Shown piece by piece: positions 63,657 through 64,000 of a DNA stretch of 64,000 nucleotides (its first letter is position 1; each line of letters begins with the position of its first letter). The DNA lies in assembly GCA_016235255.1 (NCBI GenBank), contig JACRLM010000087.1:542-64541 (forward strand). Direction: 5' to 3'. The translations under genes were made by a program, and so were the position numbers. The notes beneath the pieces were generated by a model, which saw only the letters and a program-made list of their open reading frames with translations, was not told where the DNA came from and did no database searches. The DNA is from Nitrospinota bacterium. Its GTDB lineage: Bacteria; Nitrospinota_A; UBA7883; JACRLM01.

Positions 63657-64000
63657 GAGTTACTCTTTTCCCTTTTAAACCCAGATTTTTCATTTGAATT
63701 GTAGGGGCGACCCGGTGGGTCGCCCCTACATCGGATCGCTTACCGAAACCACTGATTTTGTTTCCATTAAAACAATGTTCGAGCGTAAAATCGAATTCCA
63801 GTTTCTAAATGCGGAATCAGTCCTGATCTCATACAAAACCTGGCGCTAAAAAAGTGATCGCCTCATCACCAACTTCTACCCCTGTTCGGCAATCTAATCA
63901 ATTGCTTGCTCTAATGGCTTCCATTAGAAACCAGTCCTAATGGAAAATCTCGGTTAAACTCTTACGCTTTTTTCCGCTCCGGATTTTTCATCCTGATCCC

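Noticed and set aside
63701-63730. GC-rich perfect hairpin as a rho-independent terminator of the FGE gene
   Set aside because: No U-tract on either strand directly after the stem. Kept as a possible REP/att-like palindrome instead.

Overview
High-GC (~60%) chromosomal segment of a Gram-negative, flagellated bacterium. The gene content (T2SS gspC-N, OprP/PstS, HD-GYP, DUF4911, single-domain FlgJ) is compatible with a deltaproteobacterium/Desulfobacterota-like lineage; that placement is inference only. Almost the whole window is densely packed core or housekeeping genes on the minus strand.

Layout, 5' to 3' on the plus strand:
- Window start: partial DUF45 metallohydrolase, nth, a HicAB module and a DsrE/TusA sulfur-relay pair.
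- ~2.5-12 kb: late flagellar cluster flgF-flgG-flgA-flgH-flgI-flgJ, then flgN-flgK-flgL-csrA-fliW.
- ~12-17.6 kb: a second HicBA pair, then a small flagellin-glycosylation-type islet (zinc ribbon, Gfo/Idh/MocA oxidoreductase, Maf/DUF115, FlgT-like secreted protein, AI-2E transporter).
- ~17.6-19 kb: RlpA plus a retropepsin-like protease.
- ~19-26 kb: minus-strand operon HD-GYP response regulator / Ppx-GppA / TPR protein / MtnP / amidohydrolase / Pgi.
- ~26 kb: Nif3.
- ~27-39 kb: complete 12-gene type II secretion system gspC-D-E-F-G-H-I-J-K-L-M-N.
- ~39-52.7 kb: lpxB-feoB-dtxR; a GT2; ArsC; phosphate genes (OprO/P-type porin, PstS, Pho-box-like repeats, a soluble HK, DUF47+PiT); Hsp20; an ECF sigma / anti-sigma / Spy-CpxP envelope-stress module.
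- ~53-62.5 kb: DMT transporter, thiG-thiH-thiS-thiE, a large MshEN-like + 3xREC hybrid histidine kinase, RelBE, valS.
- Window end: an FGE-sulfatase (SUMF1-family) lipoprotein gene and an AT-rich, repeat-containing region that may be an island or element boundary.

Most unusual observations:
- The FGE-sulfatase gene carries two lesions. A perfect (CACT)7 tetranucleotide repeat sits between a strong promoter/RBS/ATG and the body of the ORF and leaves the gene out of frame (phase-OFF). An in-frame TGA also replaces the conserved Trp of the AEWEY motif.
- A sigma54-type -24/-12 element lies upstream of flgF, and a sigmaE-type promoter upstream of the ECF sigma factor.
- Twin perfect 28-30 bp polypurine/polypyrimidine palindromes lie upstream of pgi.
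- CTTAACG direct repeats with Pho-box architecture lie between pstS and an orphan HK.
- The secretin GspD carries proline-rich repeats at the N-terminus and an acidic/proline-rich tail at the C-terminus.

No CRISPR array, rRNA or tRNA gene, or canonical mobile element was seen.
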